64,000 nt of DNA from Candidatus Omnitrophota bacterium (GCA_043814605.1 JBDRJV010000013.1:34471-98470); one strand, 5' to 3'; counted from the first letter of the stretch, positions 33,858 to 44,451 are shown. Notes: generated from the letters alone by a model not told the origin. Translations and numbers: made by a program.

Positions 33858-34128
33858 GTGAAAACCAAACAATAATAAAAAACCCCTCACATTTCTGTGA
33901 GAGGTTTTTTATTATTGGCTCCCCGTGCCCCCTAAAAGACCGAACTTTTCTGTGATTTTTTACGCAGGACTTACACTTTCACGACAAGGAAATAGGTTTA
34001 AGGTAGTCTTTCCAACCGAATAAGATTATGATTAAATGTAAATTTTTAAAAGGTTTTTATTGAAATTGCTTTCAGTAAGGTAGACATCCTTTCTGATGTC
34101 CTTTTATTTTTATACATAGATACGTCAT

Positions 34129-36999
34129 CTAACTCTGCTTATGCATGTCTATACCTTGCATAAGTTCATACGCTATATTTCCACTCACCAAACGCATAAT
34201 ACTTTCTTCCGAACTGCCAAAACTTAGTAAATTAATACTGCCATACCAAACAATCTTTTGATCTATAACCGCAAATTTCTGATGTATCTTCGGCCGGAAC
34301 ATGATAGTAATCCCGACAGCTTGAAGTACTTTGCATGCCTGTTGTGACGCTAATCTATTGTCTTCTTTTAACTCCTCGGCTGGTCTCGTTATTATTGTAA
34401 TTCCAACCTGTCTGGTTAAGGGATCAGAGAGATTTTGCATAATTTGATTAACCCGTCGCTGAGTAATAAAAGGACTCACAATTACAATTTCTTTTTTTGC
34501 ACTTATTAAGTCATTGCAATAAACAGGGAAAAATGAGCTCTTATCAAAAATAATATCAGTAGTTTGCCCAATACTTTCCCCTTGAGACTTATACCCGATA
34601 GCAGCATAACCAGTTAATCTTTTAGCATACATTTTCTCAAGCATTCTAACTCTGACATCAACATAATCGTAAATTTGAACATGTTTTTTAGTCTCATATA
34701 TTCTATGCAGTCTTCCCGCGTATTGATGCAAAGTTCCTTTCCATGAAATAGGCATAGCAAGAAACAATGTATCCAATCGAGGAGCATCAAACCCTTCTCC
34801 AATAAACGTACCTGTTGCAACTATGGTTAACTGCTTTTCCTGAGACATTGCGGCTATCCGCCTCAATAAGTCATTTGTTTCTTTAGCCCCTAAGCCCCCT
34901 CTCAATACGACAACATCAGGAATTTTCATTGCCAATTTTTTTGCCAGCAGTTCCACATGTGCTGTCCGTCCTGTAAGTACCACGCAATTCCGGCCATTTT
35001 CATAACTATTAATCACATCATCAACAATCAATTGATTGCGCATTTCATCAACTGTCATCTCAGCGTATAATTCTTGAATAGATACTGTTGTATCATCAGA
35101 GGCCGCGATCCTGAAACCGGTGAATCGTGGGATAACGTAATGCTCGAAAGGCCTTTGTTCCGCTTGTTTTTTTGCGTCAACTTTATAACGGATCGGCCCG
35201 CAATGCATAAATAGTATAGGCTGGTGACCATCCTGTCTTGTAGGAGTTGCCGTTAAGCCATACACATATTTAGCGTTCACCTTTTTAAGTATCTGCTCAA
35301 AACTGAATGCCGGAATATGATGGCACTCATCAACAATGACCATTCCGTAGTTTTTGACAGTTTCCTTTACCTCTCCAGCATCATTTAGTGACTGCATTAT
35401 GGCAATATCAATAATACCCGACAGAGCATCTCTTCCTCCGCCCAATTGGCCAATAACACTTTGTTTTTTCTTTCTCCCTCTCTTTTTTTCTGGAACAGGT
35501 AATTTTTCATCAATGATTAAGAACTCCAGCAACCGGACAATCCATTGTAATAATAACTGATGGCGATGAACTAAAATAAGCGTGTTTACTTTTCGCTCGG
35601 CAATCAGCTTAGCGGCAATAACTGTTTTACCAAACGCTGTCGTTGCGGAAAGAATCCCGTTATTGAATTTCAGGAGCTCATCAACTGCTTGCTGTTGCTC
35701 TTCCTTTAAGACTCCTTTGAATTTAACCTTAATATCCTTTCCGCGATTAGTCTGATCATCCCAACACATTTCCACAGCATACTCATTAAGTAAAACATTA
35801 ATATCCTCCTCGCAACCTCTCGGCAAACACAAATAATTATTCTTATCTTCAAAACATGAGATTACTCGCGGTTTATTATAGGTAGGCATTCTCATTGCTT
35901 GAGCTTTGTAAAATTCCGGATTTCTAAAAGCAGATAACCTTTTCAAAGCATTTAAGGCGCGCGAAGAAAATCCCTCTTTATTAATATACAGCATGTCTGC
36001 TTTTACAATAACCGTCTGCTTAGGATGGCCTGCTTTGGTCAATCTGATCCTGTTTTTCAACCACGGCTTTTCTTCATCTTCAGCTTCTCTAAGCACGCCC
36101 AATTCATTACCCGCGCAAAGTTTACTTATGAATGATTCTACGGTATCTCCTGAGAGCTTCTTTATCAAGGACAAAAATCCCCATTGATCTTCATAGGGGT
36201 TAAATTTCTCATCAATAAAAATACTGTGACCGGCTTTCCTGGCATCCAGTTGAAGTGGAAGTGCGATTAAATTTCCCATACCGCCTTTCGGCATTGTATC
36301 TTGATTTGGGAAAAACCTGTCATATGATGCAAAGGCTATTTCATGGCGTTTATTCATCGCATAGGTGATCACTGCGCTGCCAAATTTTCTGGCCAGTGCT
36401 GCAGGCAGGCACTCTTCAAAAAGAAACCACACATGCGCGCCATTTCCTGATCGTGAACGTTCTACCGCCATGGGAATATTGAATTCTCGACAAACTTCTC
36501 TTACTACCGAAACATCCTTCTCCCATCCGGTATCATCAAAATCAATCACCAGAAAATAACAATTTTCATCTGGAAGCAGCGGATAAATGCCGATAACCAG
36601 ACCGCCTCGCAAATGATTTTCAATGGCCTGCGCATCTAATTGTGCGTACAATTTATATTCACAATCTGCACACCTGGTCTTTGGTTTACCACATATTACT
36701 CTTTGCCATTCATTCAAACAGACCGGAGAATATCCTGACCTTCCCGCTTTATTCTGCCAGCGCTTAGCATATACATCATCACGGCCTCTAAATAAACTGC
36801 GAAATAACTGTATTTTTTCATTATTTGATAGCTGTTGAGAAATCAAAGGATTTTTTACAATAGTTGGCGAAGTAGGGGGCAGGCTTGATAGCTTTTTAAT
36901 AAGCTTATGTTTCTTTTCTTTTAACGATGAAATCTGAGTATCAATATCATTTATTTCATTTACAATATTCTTCTTGATATCGTCATAACTATAATTCAT
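34129..36999 (-). CDS. AEP primase-like (TOTE-type) + SF2 helicase + PLD-like protein
   Basis: LFRGRDDVYA, IDFD, ERSRSGNGAHVW (AEP); ATTAFGKT, DECHH, GLTATP (SF2); HQKFAVID..GSIN (HKD). Confidence 0.88.
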   Translation of the reverse strand: MNYSYDDIKKNIVNEINDIDTQISSLKEKKHKLIKKLSSLPPTSPTIVKNPLISQQLSNNEKIQLFRSLFRGRDDVYAKRWQNKAGRSGYSPVCLNEWQRVICGKPKTRCADCEYKLYAQLDAQAIENHLRGGLVIGIYPLLPDENCYFLVIDFDDTGWEKDVSVVREVCREFNIPMAVERSRSGNGAHVWFLFEECLPAALARKFGSAVITYAMNKRHEIAFASYDRFFPNQDTMPKGGMGNLIALPLQLDARKAGHSIFIDEKFNPYEDQWGFLSLIKKLSGDTVESFISKLCAGNELGVLREAEDEEKPWLKNRIRLTKAGHPKQTVIVKADMLYINKEGFSSRALNALKRLSAFRNPEFYKAQAMRMPTYNKPRVISCFEDKNNYLCLPRGCEEDINVLLNEYAVEMCWDDQTNRGKDIKVKFKGVLKEEQQQAVDELLKFNNGILSATTAFGKTVIAAKLIAERKVNTLILVHRHQLLLQWIVRLLEFLIIDEKLPVPEKKRGRKKKQSVIGQLGGGRDALSGIIDIAIMQSLNDAGEVKETVKNYGMVIVDECHHIPAFSFEQILKKVNAKYVYGLTATPTRQDGHQPILFMHCGPIRYKVDAKKQAEQRPFEHYVIPRFTGFRIAASDDTTVSIQELYAEMTVDEMRNQLIVDDVINSYENGRNCVVLTGRTAHVELLAKKLAMKIPDVVVLRGGLGAKETNDLLRRIAAMSQEKQLTIVATGTFIGEGFDAPRLDTLFLAMPISWKGTLHQYAGRLHRIYETKKHVQIYDYVDVRVRMLEKMYAKRLTGYAAIGYKSQGESIGQTTDIIFDKSSFFPVYCNDLISAKKEIVIVSPFITQRRVNQIMQNLSDPLTRQVGITIITRPAEELKEDNRLASQQACKVLQAVGITIMFRPKIHQKFAVIDQKIVWYGSINLLSFGSSEESIMRLVSGNIAYELMQGIDMHKQS

Positions 37000-37008
37000 A
37001 ATTTAAAG

Positions 37009-38454
37009 TTAAAGGACTTCCCAATACCCGCCTTTTGCCGGGCCGATGCGCTTTAATAATTTTGCCTTCTTTAGTTTGGCAATAGCATTTTCTACTGTCC
37101 TTTGGGATAAGTTGGTTGCACCAGCTATTTCATGTGTTTTGATGAAATAGTTTTTCTGAATACATCGCAAAACTTTCTCCGCATTTTCTCCGCATTTTCT
37201 CCGTATTTCCACCGTAATTTTTAACTCTTTTCCCGCAACCTTTTTAACAGGCTTATCTTGTGGTTTATCTTTTTTCTCCAAATAAAATGTTATCTTATAA
37301 TAGTCAAAATCTCCTTCGACTTTAGGTTTTCCTTCATAATAAGCAGCCCAGCCCTTAAACATCTTATGAAAGCCTGAGCCGATATTCTCGGAAAGTTTTA
37401 TTGTCCTAAAAATCCTTGCGATGGTATTGTTTCTCGGCATGGAGAATTCTTCTTTTAAGATATACTTTATGTCCTTAGGTAATGAGCCCGGATTGAAAAA
37501 CTCTATCCTGTTGGAAAGAATTCTTATTCTCGGTTTGGCATTTGAAAAATAATCAGTGTGCATAAGAAGATTAACAAGAGCTTCGCGGATAGCTATAAAC
37601 TGCGGCGGATTCTCATCCCGAGACATTCCTTTAAGCTTAAATGGAATATTAATATGTTTTTTTAATTTTTCAAGAATTGAAAAATAATACTCATACAAAT
37701 TCTTTTGAACAGGCATACGATATTCATATCGGTTATCCGCATCAGAAAAAGAAGTGCCCGACACCTCAAGATATTCCACCCTGAAATCTGAAGCTGCCGC
37801 ATTTACGATTTCTTCTGTGCCAAAAACAAGCGCTCCTCCCACAGTTACTTTGCCCTTTATAATGATCCTCATAAGCTCAAGCATTTTCTCTGCCGAAACA
37901 TCATTATATCGGTGCTCGGGGTCAACCGATTCCAAATATGTCCTGTATCGGGAAATAGTTTCTTTATCAAGATCTTTAAATCTATACCCGGTAAGTTCTT
38001 CATCTTTTTTATCAAAAGAAGAATTCCTGTATAATGCATCTATCTCTTCTTTCGTTGCCCGCTGATCGCCGCTGCCTGTACGAACAAACGTGTTTGCAAG
38101 AGAGTTGAAATAAATTGGCTTGTCTTTGGAATACACAGAAGGAATACGAAAAGCCAATATTGTATTCCCTGCAATTGAATATTTCTTGGACTCAACTGTT
38201 ATTTTTTTATTAAATTTATCGCCTCTTAACGTGGTAAGAAAATCCTGCTCTATTTTTTCCGGATTATTAACTCCAACAACAGAATATTCCTTGCCTTTCT
38301 TTGCTATGCCAAAAATCAGCCAGCCTCCGGCTGTATTGCAAAAAGCGCTTACTGTTTCCCATGCGTTTTTAGGAATAGCAGATTTGGCCTCCTTTACCTC
38401 AAAGTCCTGCCATTCAATATCCTGCAACCTCTTAATCAATTCCTGTTTTTTCAT
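37009..38454 (-). CDS. AlbA_2 (Schlafen) + HATPase_c_4 + HTH protein
   Basis: EVKEAK, SAFCNTAGGWLIFG, REALVNLLMHTDY, ENIGSG, GGYWEV. Confidence 0.88.
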   Translation of the reverse strand: MKKQELIKRLQDIEWQDFEVKEAKSAIPKNAWETVSAFCNTAGGWLIFGIAKKGKEYSVVGVNNPEKIEQDFLTTLRGDKFNKKITVESKKYSIAGNTILAFRIPSVYSKDKPIYFNSLANTFVRTGSGDQRATKEEIDALYRNSSFDKKDEELTGYRFKDLDKETISRYRTYLESVDPEHRYNDVSAEKMLELMRIIIKGKVTVGGALVFGTEEIVNAAASDFRVEYLEVSGTSFSDADNRYEYRMPVQKNLYEYYFSILEKLKKHINIPFKLKGMSRDENPPQFIAIREALVNLLMHTDYFSNAKPRIRILSNRIEFFNPGSLPKDIKYILKEEFSMPRNNTIARIFRTIKLSENIGSGFHKMFKGWAAYYEGKPKVEGDFDYYKITFYLEKKDKPQDKPVKKVAGKELKITVEIRRKCGENAEKVLRCIQKNYFIKTHEIAGATNLSQRTVENAIAKLKKAKLLKRIGPAKGGYWEVL

Positions 38455-38606
38455 AATTAATCAATCTTAATCCTATGTATTAATAAACTTTTCTGCGGCT
38501 TTTACCTGTGCCTGAAATGGATATCCATGATAAAATTTTATCATCAACTTAAAAAAGATTCAATTTATTTCATCTAAAAACGCAACAATAGCAAATAGAT
38601 ATGATT

Positions 38607-38825
38607 TTACTCTTCGCTATGCTTTTTATTTTTATTCTTTTCATCTTCGCTTTCTTTTTCCTTTTTGCTTTTAAAATAAAGATATGCCCCTTTGGCGAGC
38701 AGTTCGCCAATTCTATTGATCCGTTCATCTATTGTTAAACAAAAATATTTATTCATCACAACCCCTGTAAAATCATATTTGTTTAAAAAGTTCGAATTTT
38801 CATCGACTCCCTCAATTGCCCTCAA
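38607..38825 (-). CDS. Small hypothetical protein
   Basis: ERINRIGELLAKGAYLY helix; true start uncertain. Confidence 0.45.
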   Translation of the reverse strand: MRAIEGVDENSNFLNKYDFTGVVMNKYFCLTIDERINRIGELLAKGAYLYFKSKKEKESEDEKNKNKKHSEE

Positions 38826-39161
38826 TATCCGAACTTTTTATATCTCTTCCCAAATGCACATTATAACTCATTATATTACAGCAAGTAAGCATAAATAAAA
38901 AGCCCCTCCCATTTCTGTGAGAGGTTTATTATTTTGGCTCCCCGTATTACCTGTCCCCAGCGCTTGATTTGTAAGCAAATCAGCATGGGGGACGGACGAG
39001 TTTCGCAACTGGATACAACTGAATAAAATACCGCAAGAGATAAACTGCCTCTAGATTATAAGAATGGCAAATGAACTGGAAAAATTAAATATAATTCGAC
39101 TCTGAGCGAAGTGATTAAGCATTATTGTCGACAAAGAATTTTGAAAATGAAAAATGAAAAT

Positions 39162-40217
39162 TTATATAGATTTTTCCGGACTTAATGAATTAATTATTTC
39201 TTTAGATTGTTTCCTGAGCCTAATAGTACTCTCTTGCTCTTTGTCAACCCCTAAAGCTTTGAACAGACTTATATTTTTGTACCAAACAGCCGTTCTCCCT
39301 AAGCCATCATCGAGCGTTATTTGCTGCGCTCCACTCTCGACTGCTGCAAGAAAGTTGCGCCGCAAATTTTCGCTATGCCAATCATTCCACATCTCTTGAT
39401 CCAGCCTCACAAATCCAACGTCAAATAAAGGAGCAAAAACTCCTTCTACTTTTCTCCTACTACCCAAACTATTGCCCTTATCAAAGATTATCTGATTTTT
39501 ATACATTCCCTTTTTCCGATCATAATTTGTCGAATATTCAATATAAACCCTATCTAAAGGATTGTACACATAGTTTCTTCCAGCTAGCAAAAACAAATCC
39601 GGATTTTTTTCCATATCCAGAAAGTCAAAGGCGGACGGTAAATACGAACCACGATTTTTAAATTTATAAGGATGGTTGTGCAGATTAAAAACCCCTCTGC
39701 CTTTAAATTGGTCCAGCACCGACAAAAGGAGCTTTTCTCCTGCCACAAACCCTTCTCTCTCAGATTCGTTTATAGCAAACAAAATATATTTATCCCCATG
39801 TCTTACCATAAAAAAGAAATATTCTTTATCGACTGTATCCATAAAATTTCTTATTTCCTTTTCGAGCGGCAATGCTTTGAATATGTATACAGAATTTGGC
39901 GGGTCTTTTACGTGGTCAAACAGGTCCTTAATGCCTACAAGTTTAACAAAATCGTTCTTGTCGACAATCTTTAACTCATTTTTTTTGAGGTCGCTAATCA
40001 TTTTCTGCAAAGACTCTGAATCTTCTTGAATTTTATCGAAGGATTCTGCAACATCTACTAACGAAATAGCGGGCGCTAAAAAACTTTGATCCGTTCCTTG
40101 CTCCAATGATGCCGCAAACAATCCATTCGTATGCGCAATCGCTTGAATTAACAACCAGATAAATACGCTACGCCATTCTAATCTCTTAATTATAATCCTA
40201 TGCTTGTTCCAATCCAA
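39162..40217 (-). CDS. Leader-bearing protein with a JAB/MPN-like motif and EKSI tail
   Basis: LIQAIAHTNGLFA...FLAPAI leader; LHNHP...LPSAFD. Confidence 0.6.
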   Translation of the reverse strand: MDWNKHRIIIKRLEWRSVFIWLLIQAIAHTNGLFAASLEQGTDQSFLAPAISLVDVAESFDKIQEDSESLQKMISDLKKNELKIVDKNDFVKLVGIKDLFDHVKDPPNSVYIFKALPLEKEIRNFMDTVDKEYFFFMVRHGDKYILFAINESEREGFVAGEKLLLSVLDQFKGRGVFNLHNHPYKFKNRGSYLPSAFDFLDMEKNPDLFLLAGRNYVYNPLDRVYIEYSTNYDRKKGMYKNQIIFDKGNSLGSRRKVEGVFAPLFDVGFVRLDQEMWNDWHSENLRRNFLAAVESGAQQITLDDGLGRTAVWYKNISLFKALGVDKEQESTIRLRKQSKEIINSLSPEKSI

Positions 40218-40318
40218 AAAATCATTAAGACAATATAAGTAATAAAGCTTACCATAGGACGCTTATTTTTGCAAAAACCCATTGCAACTTATTTTATTGC
40301 ATAGGGTTATAAATGATT

Positions 40319-40544
40319 TGGCTCCTCTACCCATAGTTTTGATTCTCAAAACAGGCATGGGCACAGGCGCGAGGACTCGGCCACTACACTTCCAACATCG
40401 TGTTGGTCGATTGCGTAGCCTCCCCTACATTCACTAAATTTACAGTCCACGCCCAGTACCGTGCTTCGCACTGGTTCTGGGCTGCAAATTTGAGCTCCCA
40501 CTTGGTCGCTCCGTTCACTCCGCTTCGAGTCCTAGCCCGGGATG
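40319..40544. repeat. About 230-bp tRNA-end fold-back repeat, second copy 50321-50553
   Basis: TGGCTCC.CTACCCATAG...GCGAGGACTCGG...CTTCGA.TCCTAGCCCGGGATG; copies differ mainly in one hairpin loop. Confidence 0.95.
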
Positions 40545-40572
40545 GACTCAAAAAGTTTAATATTTTAAAACC

Positions 40573-40621
40573 TTGACATTGTAATACAAATAGGTTACAA
40601 TTGTAATATAAAAAGGTTACA
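40573..40621 (+). promoter_or_regulatory. Promoter with 22-bp tandem operator for the MNT/HEPN operon
   Basis: TTGACA followed by ATTGTAATACAAATAGGTTACA / ATTGTAATATAAAAAGGTTACA just before the ATG. Confidence 0.65.
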
Positions 40622-40624
40622 ATT

Positions 40625-41197
40625 ATGGACATAACAAAAATCTTTAAATCTAAAACAAGATCTGCCCTATTTAGGCTTTACTTCACAAACCCTGAAAAAA
40701 GCTATTATCTGCGCGAGCTGGAAAGAATGCTTAATATTCCTGTTTCCATGCTACGCAAAGAACTACAATCTTTACAAAAATCTGACATCTTTAACAGTAA
40801 TAAAAAAGGAAACCTTTCCTATTATTCGATTAATAAAGAATATCCTCTCTATAATGAGCTTAAAAATATTGTATTTAAAACTATTGGAATTCAGGGAACC
40901 CTGTCTTCCCTTTTATCATCATTCAAAAACATTAAAACGGCATTTATTTATGGTTCTTACGCAAAAATTGAAGAAAATGCTGCCAGTGATATTGATCTGT
41001 TTATTATTGGTAAAATCAATGAAACGAATCTTATTTCAAAAATTAGCTCCCTTGAAAAAAAATTAAAAAGAGAAATTAATTACAGTTATTATTCAATTGC
41101 AGATTTTGCGCAAAAGAAAAAAAATAAAGATTCATTTATCATGGATGTGTTAAAAAACAGAAAAATATTTTTAATAGGAGGAAGTAATGACCTTTGA
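40625..41197 (+). CDS. wHTH + minimal nucleotidyltransferase (MNT) antitoxin
   Basis: YYLRELER HTH; FIYGSYA...SDIDL. Confidence 0.9.
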   Translation: MDITKIFKSKTRSALFRLYFTNPEKSYYLRELERMLNIPVSMLRKELQSLQKSDIFNSNKKGNLSYYSINKEYPLYNELKNIVFKTIGIQGTLSSLLSSFKNIKTAFIYGSYAKIEENAASDIDLFIIGKINETNLISKISSLEKKLKREINYSYYSIADFAQKKKNKDSFIMDVLKNRKIFLIGGSNDL

Positions 41198-41657
41198 AAA
41201 ATTTATAAAAGATTATTCTAAAAAAGGCCTTATTAAAAACCAGCCCACAGATTTTAGTGCGATTGAGAACCTTATTTCAAGAGGATATAAAGAAATCAAA
41301 ATTGCTCAAGCCAATATACCTATAGATGAAGGAATTGCTTTTACTACCGCATATACAGCAATGCTGCATGCCGGCCGAGCATTAATGTTCTCTAAGGGGT
41401 TTCGCCCAATTGATGGGTATCAGCATAAGACTGTTGTAGATTTTGCCAGTATTATTTTAGGAAAAGAATATGAAAAATTAGTTTTGCATTTTGATAAAAT
41501 GCGCAGGAAAAGGAATCTATTCACCTATGAAGTTAGCATTTCCATATCTATAGCAGAAGTTAAGAGCGCATTAAAATCCGCTTCTAATTTTATCAAGGCT
41601 ATTCGAGATATTATCGAAAAAACTAACCCACAACACCGATTTAAATTCAATCTTTAG
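41187..41657 (+). CDS. HEPN domain protein
   Basis: AYTAMLHAGRAL, QHKTV, RRKRNLFTY; overlaps the MNT gene. Confidence 0.88.
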   Translation: MTFEKFIKDYSKKGLIKNQPTDFSAIENLISRGYKEIKIAQANIPIDEGIAFTTAYTAMLHAGRALMFSKGFRPIDGYQHKTVVDFASIILGKEYEKLVLHFDKMRRKRNLFTYEVSISISIAEVKSALKSASNFIKAIRDIIEKTNPQHRFKFNL

Positions 41658-42938
41658 CCTCTTTAAACTACCATTAAATGAGATTAAAGTGAGATACAAT
41701 TCTAGTTTAATGCTTTTTACCTATAAATTTTCTTTTTGGTATTTTTAAAATAAGTGCCAATTTAGGCATTAACTAGGAAGTGTTAACTACGGAGCATATT
41801 TGAGACATTCGGCACTATTAATCAGCATAATATGCTTGCAGCTTTAACTGACAAAAACTGAGATATTTTACTAATGATACCGACCAGTCACAGCAATCTG
41901 CTAACCTTTTTAAACATTAGCAGATACAAAAAGACCCAGTTTAATTAACTGGGTCTTTATTGCTGTAACTACTTTATTTTCAGTTAGTAGTAAATAATTA
42001 GATTCCCCTCTTAGTCGTGTTAATTGTTATGTTTGATATTATTTAAATAATCCGCTCGGAAACATCAGAAGATGGTCATTCAGGGATTATTAATTCCCGC
42101 TCGGACTTCCGCCAAAAAACGCGGGACAGGTCGGCTACTACTCTAATTTTAATTATTACCGCGAGGACTCCCACCATACAGCATGGCGAGGCAAGCGCCT
42201 ACTACGTTCTTAGTTTTCCGCTCGGACTCGGCGCCTCCACCTACGCAGGAGCTCCGGCTCCGGTCGGCCACTCGCCCGCTTACGGCCGGTCTTCGACTTA
42301 CGGCCTTTTCCTCCCTTGGGTCGGCGCGGTCTCAATTCGAGTCCTCACAGCATGGGGTAAAAAAATAGGGAGTCCGAATGGACTCCCTTATTTTTTTGGC
42401 TCCGCTTCCAGAGATAACTCAAACTGTTTTGAAATCATTTTACCCAATACAATTCACGGGAATAGGAAAAAGAATCTTTGATCTTGCCCCGCCCCGTACC
42501 ACTCGCTGTCGCTCGGGTACGGGGCTGCTTGGGTGATAAATTCGACCGTTCGCCTCAGCTGGGGCCTCGGCTTACTGCTTCGGTCGCTGGGCCGCTCCCT
42601 GGGAGTAATTAGCTACTACGATGAGGCTGCGGTCTACTGCTTGTGTGTGGTGAAAGAAGTGGGCGAGGGCAGTATCCCCGCGTCCTCGCCCGAGCAACAG
42701 CCCAGAAATTTTCATTTTTTTTGAAACGCCGCCGCCATTTTTTTAGGTTTTTGGGTGTGTTGACCTGTTCGCTCGGTCTCGTTCGCACCTTGGCTTTCTT
42801 TTGCAGTTTCCTATTCCCGCGCCGCCAAGGCTGCCTCAGCTGCTAAAACTACACGCGGCTCGCACGCGTTCGGCATCTGTCTCCCCGAGATCAGTCGCCT
42901 TCCGCACTGCTTGCCGTTCTCATTAAATAATGAATATT

Positions 42939-43133
42939 TTAATAATTAATTCTATTTACTTTTGTAGAAATATCTAAAATATAACTTTCAATATTTCTTT
43001 GTCGTCTTTCAATTTCATTTAATTGATTGCATATTGCAACTAAACCTTGATATAAATTATATCTCTCTGCTTCAGTTGTTGTATTAGCAAACAACGCTGT
43101 ATTTTCTTCAAAAAATTTACTTGGACCAGACAT
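42939..43133 (-). CDS. Small hypothetical protein (64 aa)
   Basis: MSGPSKFFEEN...ERYNLYQGL after AAAGGAGA RBS. Confidence 0.65.
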   Translation of the reverse strand: MSGPSKFFEENTALFANTTTEAERYNLYQGLVAICNQLNEIERRQRNIESYILDISTKVNRINY

Positions 43134-43194
43134 ATTATTATCTCCTTTAATTTTAAATAGGCGAAGGGGAAAATTGCTCCCCCTCGCCACGATG

Positions 43195-43347
43195 TTAACG
43201 CTTTGCTTTACCTCTATCAATATCTTTACAGTGATCGCAAAGCTTTTTTGCCGAACCGCTAACTCTGTTGTCTTTTTCAATATTGTTACCTACAACGCAT
43301 TTTTTGTGCTTATGGTACACATCCGAATGCTTTGAATGATATGTCAT
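43195..43347 (-). CDS. Small His/Cys-rich protein (50 aa), not in ORF track
   Basis: AAGGAGA RBS; MTYHSKHSDVYHKHKKCVVGNNIEKDNRVSGSAKKLCDHCKDIDRGKAKR; followed by a GC hairpin. Confidence 0.75.
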   Translation of the reverse strand: MTYHSKHSDVYHKHKKCVVGNNIEKDNRVSGSAKKLCDHCKDIDRGKAKR

Positions 43348-43514
43348 TTCAGTATCTCCTTTCGTTGAATTTTCGCTTCATTCACTGCAAAAGTTGTTGA
43401 CAAGCTCACCTCCATCCTATAAACTAATAGCAGTGGGGTAAATAGTGCGAATAACTATTCCCAGGGGTGGATAATGCGGGTTGCGAGCCTATATTTTATC
43501 CGCCCTTTTCTTTT

Positions 43515-43616
43515 AAATAAAAAACCTTCGCTTTCAAAAAGATACAAAAATCCTTTTATTTAGCGAAGGTTTGACTTTTTTAATGTGCAGGATTTATCCC
43601 TTCTAACTCAGCACTT
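43515..43616 (-). promoter_or_regulatory. Conserved structured leader with terminator, second copy 45453-45533
   Basis: GUSC-UGAGUU(U)AGAAGGG...GSAC-RUUAAAAAAGU-AAACCUUC-terminator, both downstream of TTGACA promoters. Confidence 0.65.
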
Positions 43617-43834
43617 AAATATATATCCCTAGATTGGAATTACACTCCCAGTTGTAGTTACATCAGCATAATACACTATATCTTGTGTCTTGTCAATAAT
43701 TATTATTTGCTAAATTTGATTGTTTTTAGTGATTTTTAACCGATTTTACAGTATTATCTTGAATAAACGACCATTAACGTGGTTTTTCTTTTCTCTTTCC
43801 CTAAAAATTAGTATGTTGTATTTTATTTTGCCAC

Positions 43835-44443
43835 TTACTTTATACTAGAAATTTTCAACTCAACATCTTTATCAATTGCTCCCCCACCATATTGATTTTT
43901 TGACGCAGGGATTATAACTTTATTAGCATAGACTTTTATATCTCCCTCATATCTATCCCCCAGAGAATATATTCCTATAATTGACATAAGCAGTTGTTTT
44001 TCTTTCTTTTCTTCCCACATTATTTCATCTTCAAAAAAACGCACAAACATTAAATCCATAAAAAATCCTGACCCGCCTCCGTTAGCACCTGTTTCCAGAA
44101 CATGAATATTATTTCCCATTTTACCAAGCCAATGATAATGAAAAGACTCATAAAACCTGTATTCTCCGTCACGTTCTACTTTTTCAGAAAACAACCAGTC
44201 ATTTCGTTTTTTTATTTCACTTAATTGATATTGATTTGTATCAAAGGCTGCGGACACATCAACTGTTTTAGTCATTGGAGGGCGATAATCAGAACACCAA
44301 TTTGAAAACTGCCTAATTAGAAAAGGATGGATGGGCTTGTCTTTATAAGTAAACTGTGTATTTATTTCAGTTAACTGTTCACTTGCCATTACAGGTGTTA
44401 CTAATACAACCAATATCAACAAACACAATGAAATCCTTTTCAT
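43835..44443 (-). CDS. Secreted hypothetical protein
   Basis: Signal peptide ...TPVMA; PIHP, NGGGSG, GDRY. Confidence 0.75.
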   Translation of the reverse strand: MKRISLCLLILVVLVTPVMASEQLTEINTQFTYKDKPIHPFLIRQFSNWCSDYRPPMTKTVDVSAAFDTNQYQLSEIKKRNDWLFSEKVERDGEYRFYESFHYHWLGKMGNNIHVLETGANGGGSGFFMDLMFVRFFEDEIMWEEKKEKQLLMSIIGIYSLGDRYEGDIKVYANKVIIPASKNQYGGGAIDKDVELKISSIK

Positions 44444-44451
44444 ATTTCCCC

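Noticed and set aside
40384-40632. ORFs 40384-40632, 50348-50632, 50442-50654 and 42183-42846 with similar peptides
   Set aside because: They are translations of non-coding fold-back repeats, the GC-rich tract or the tRNA exon
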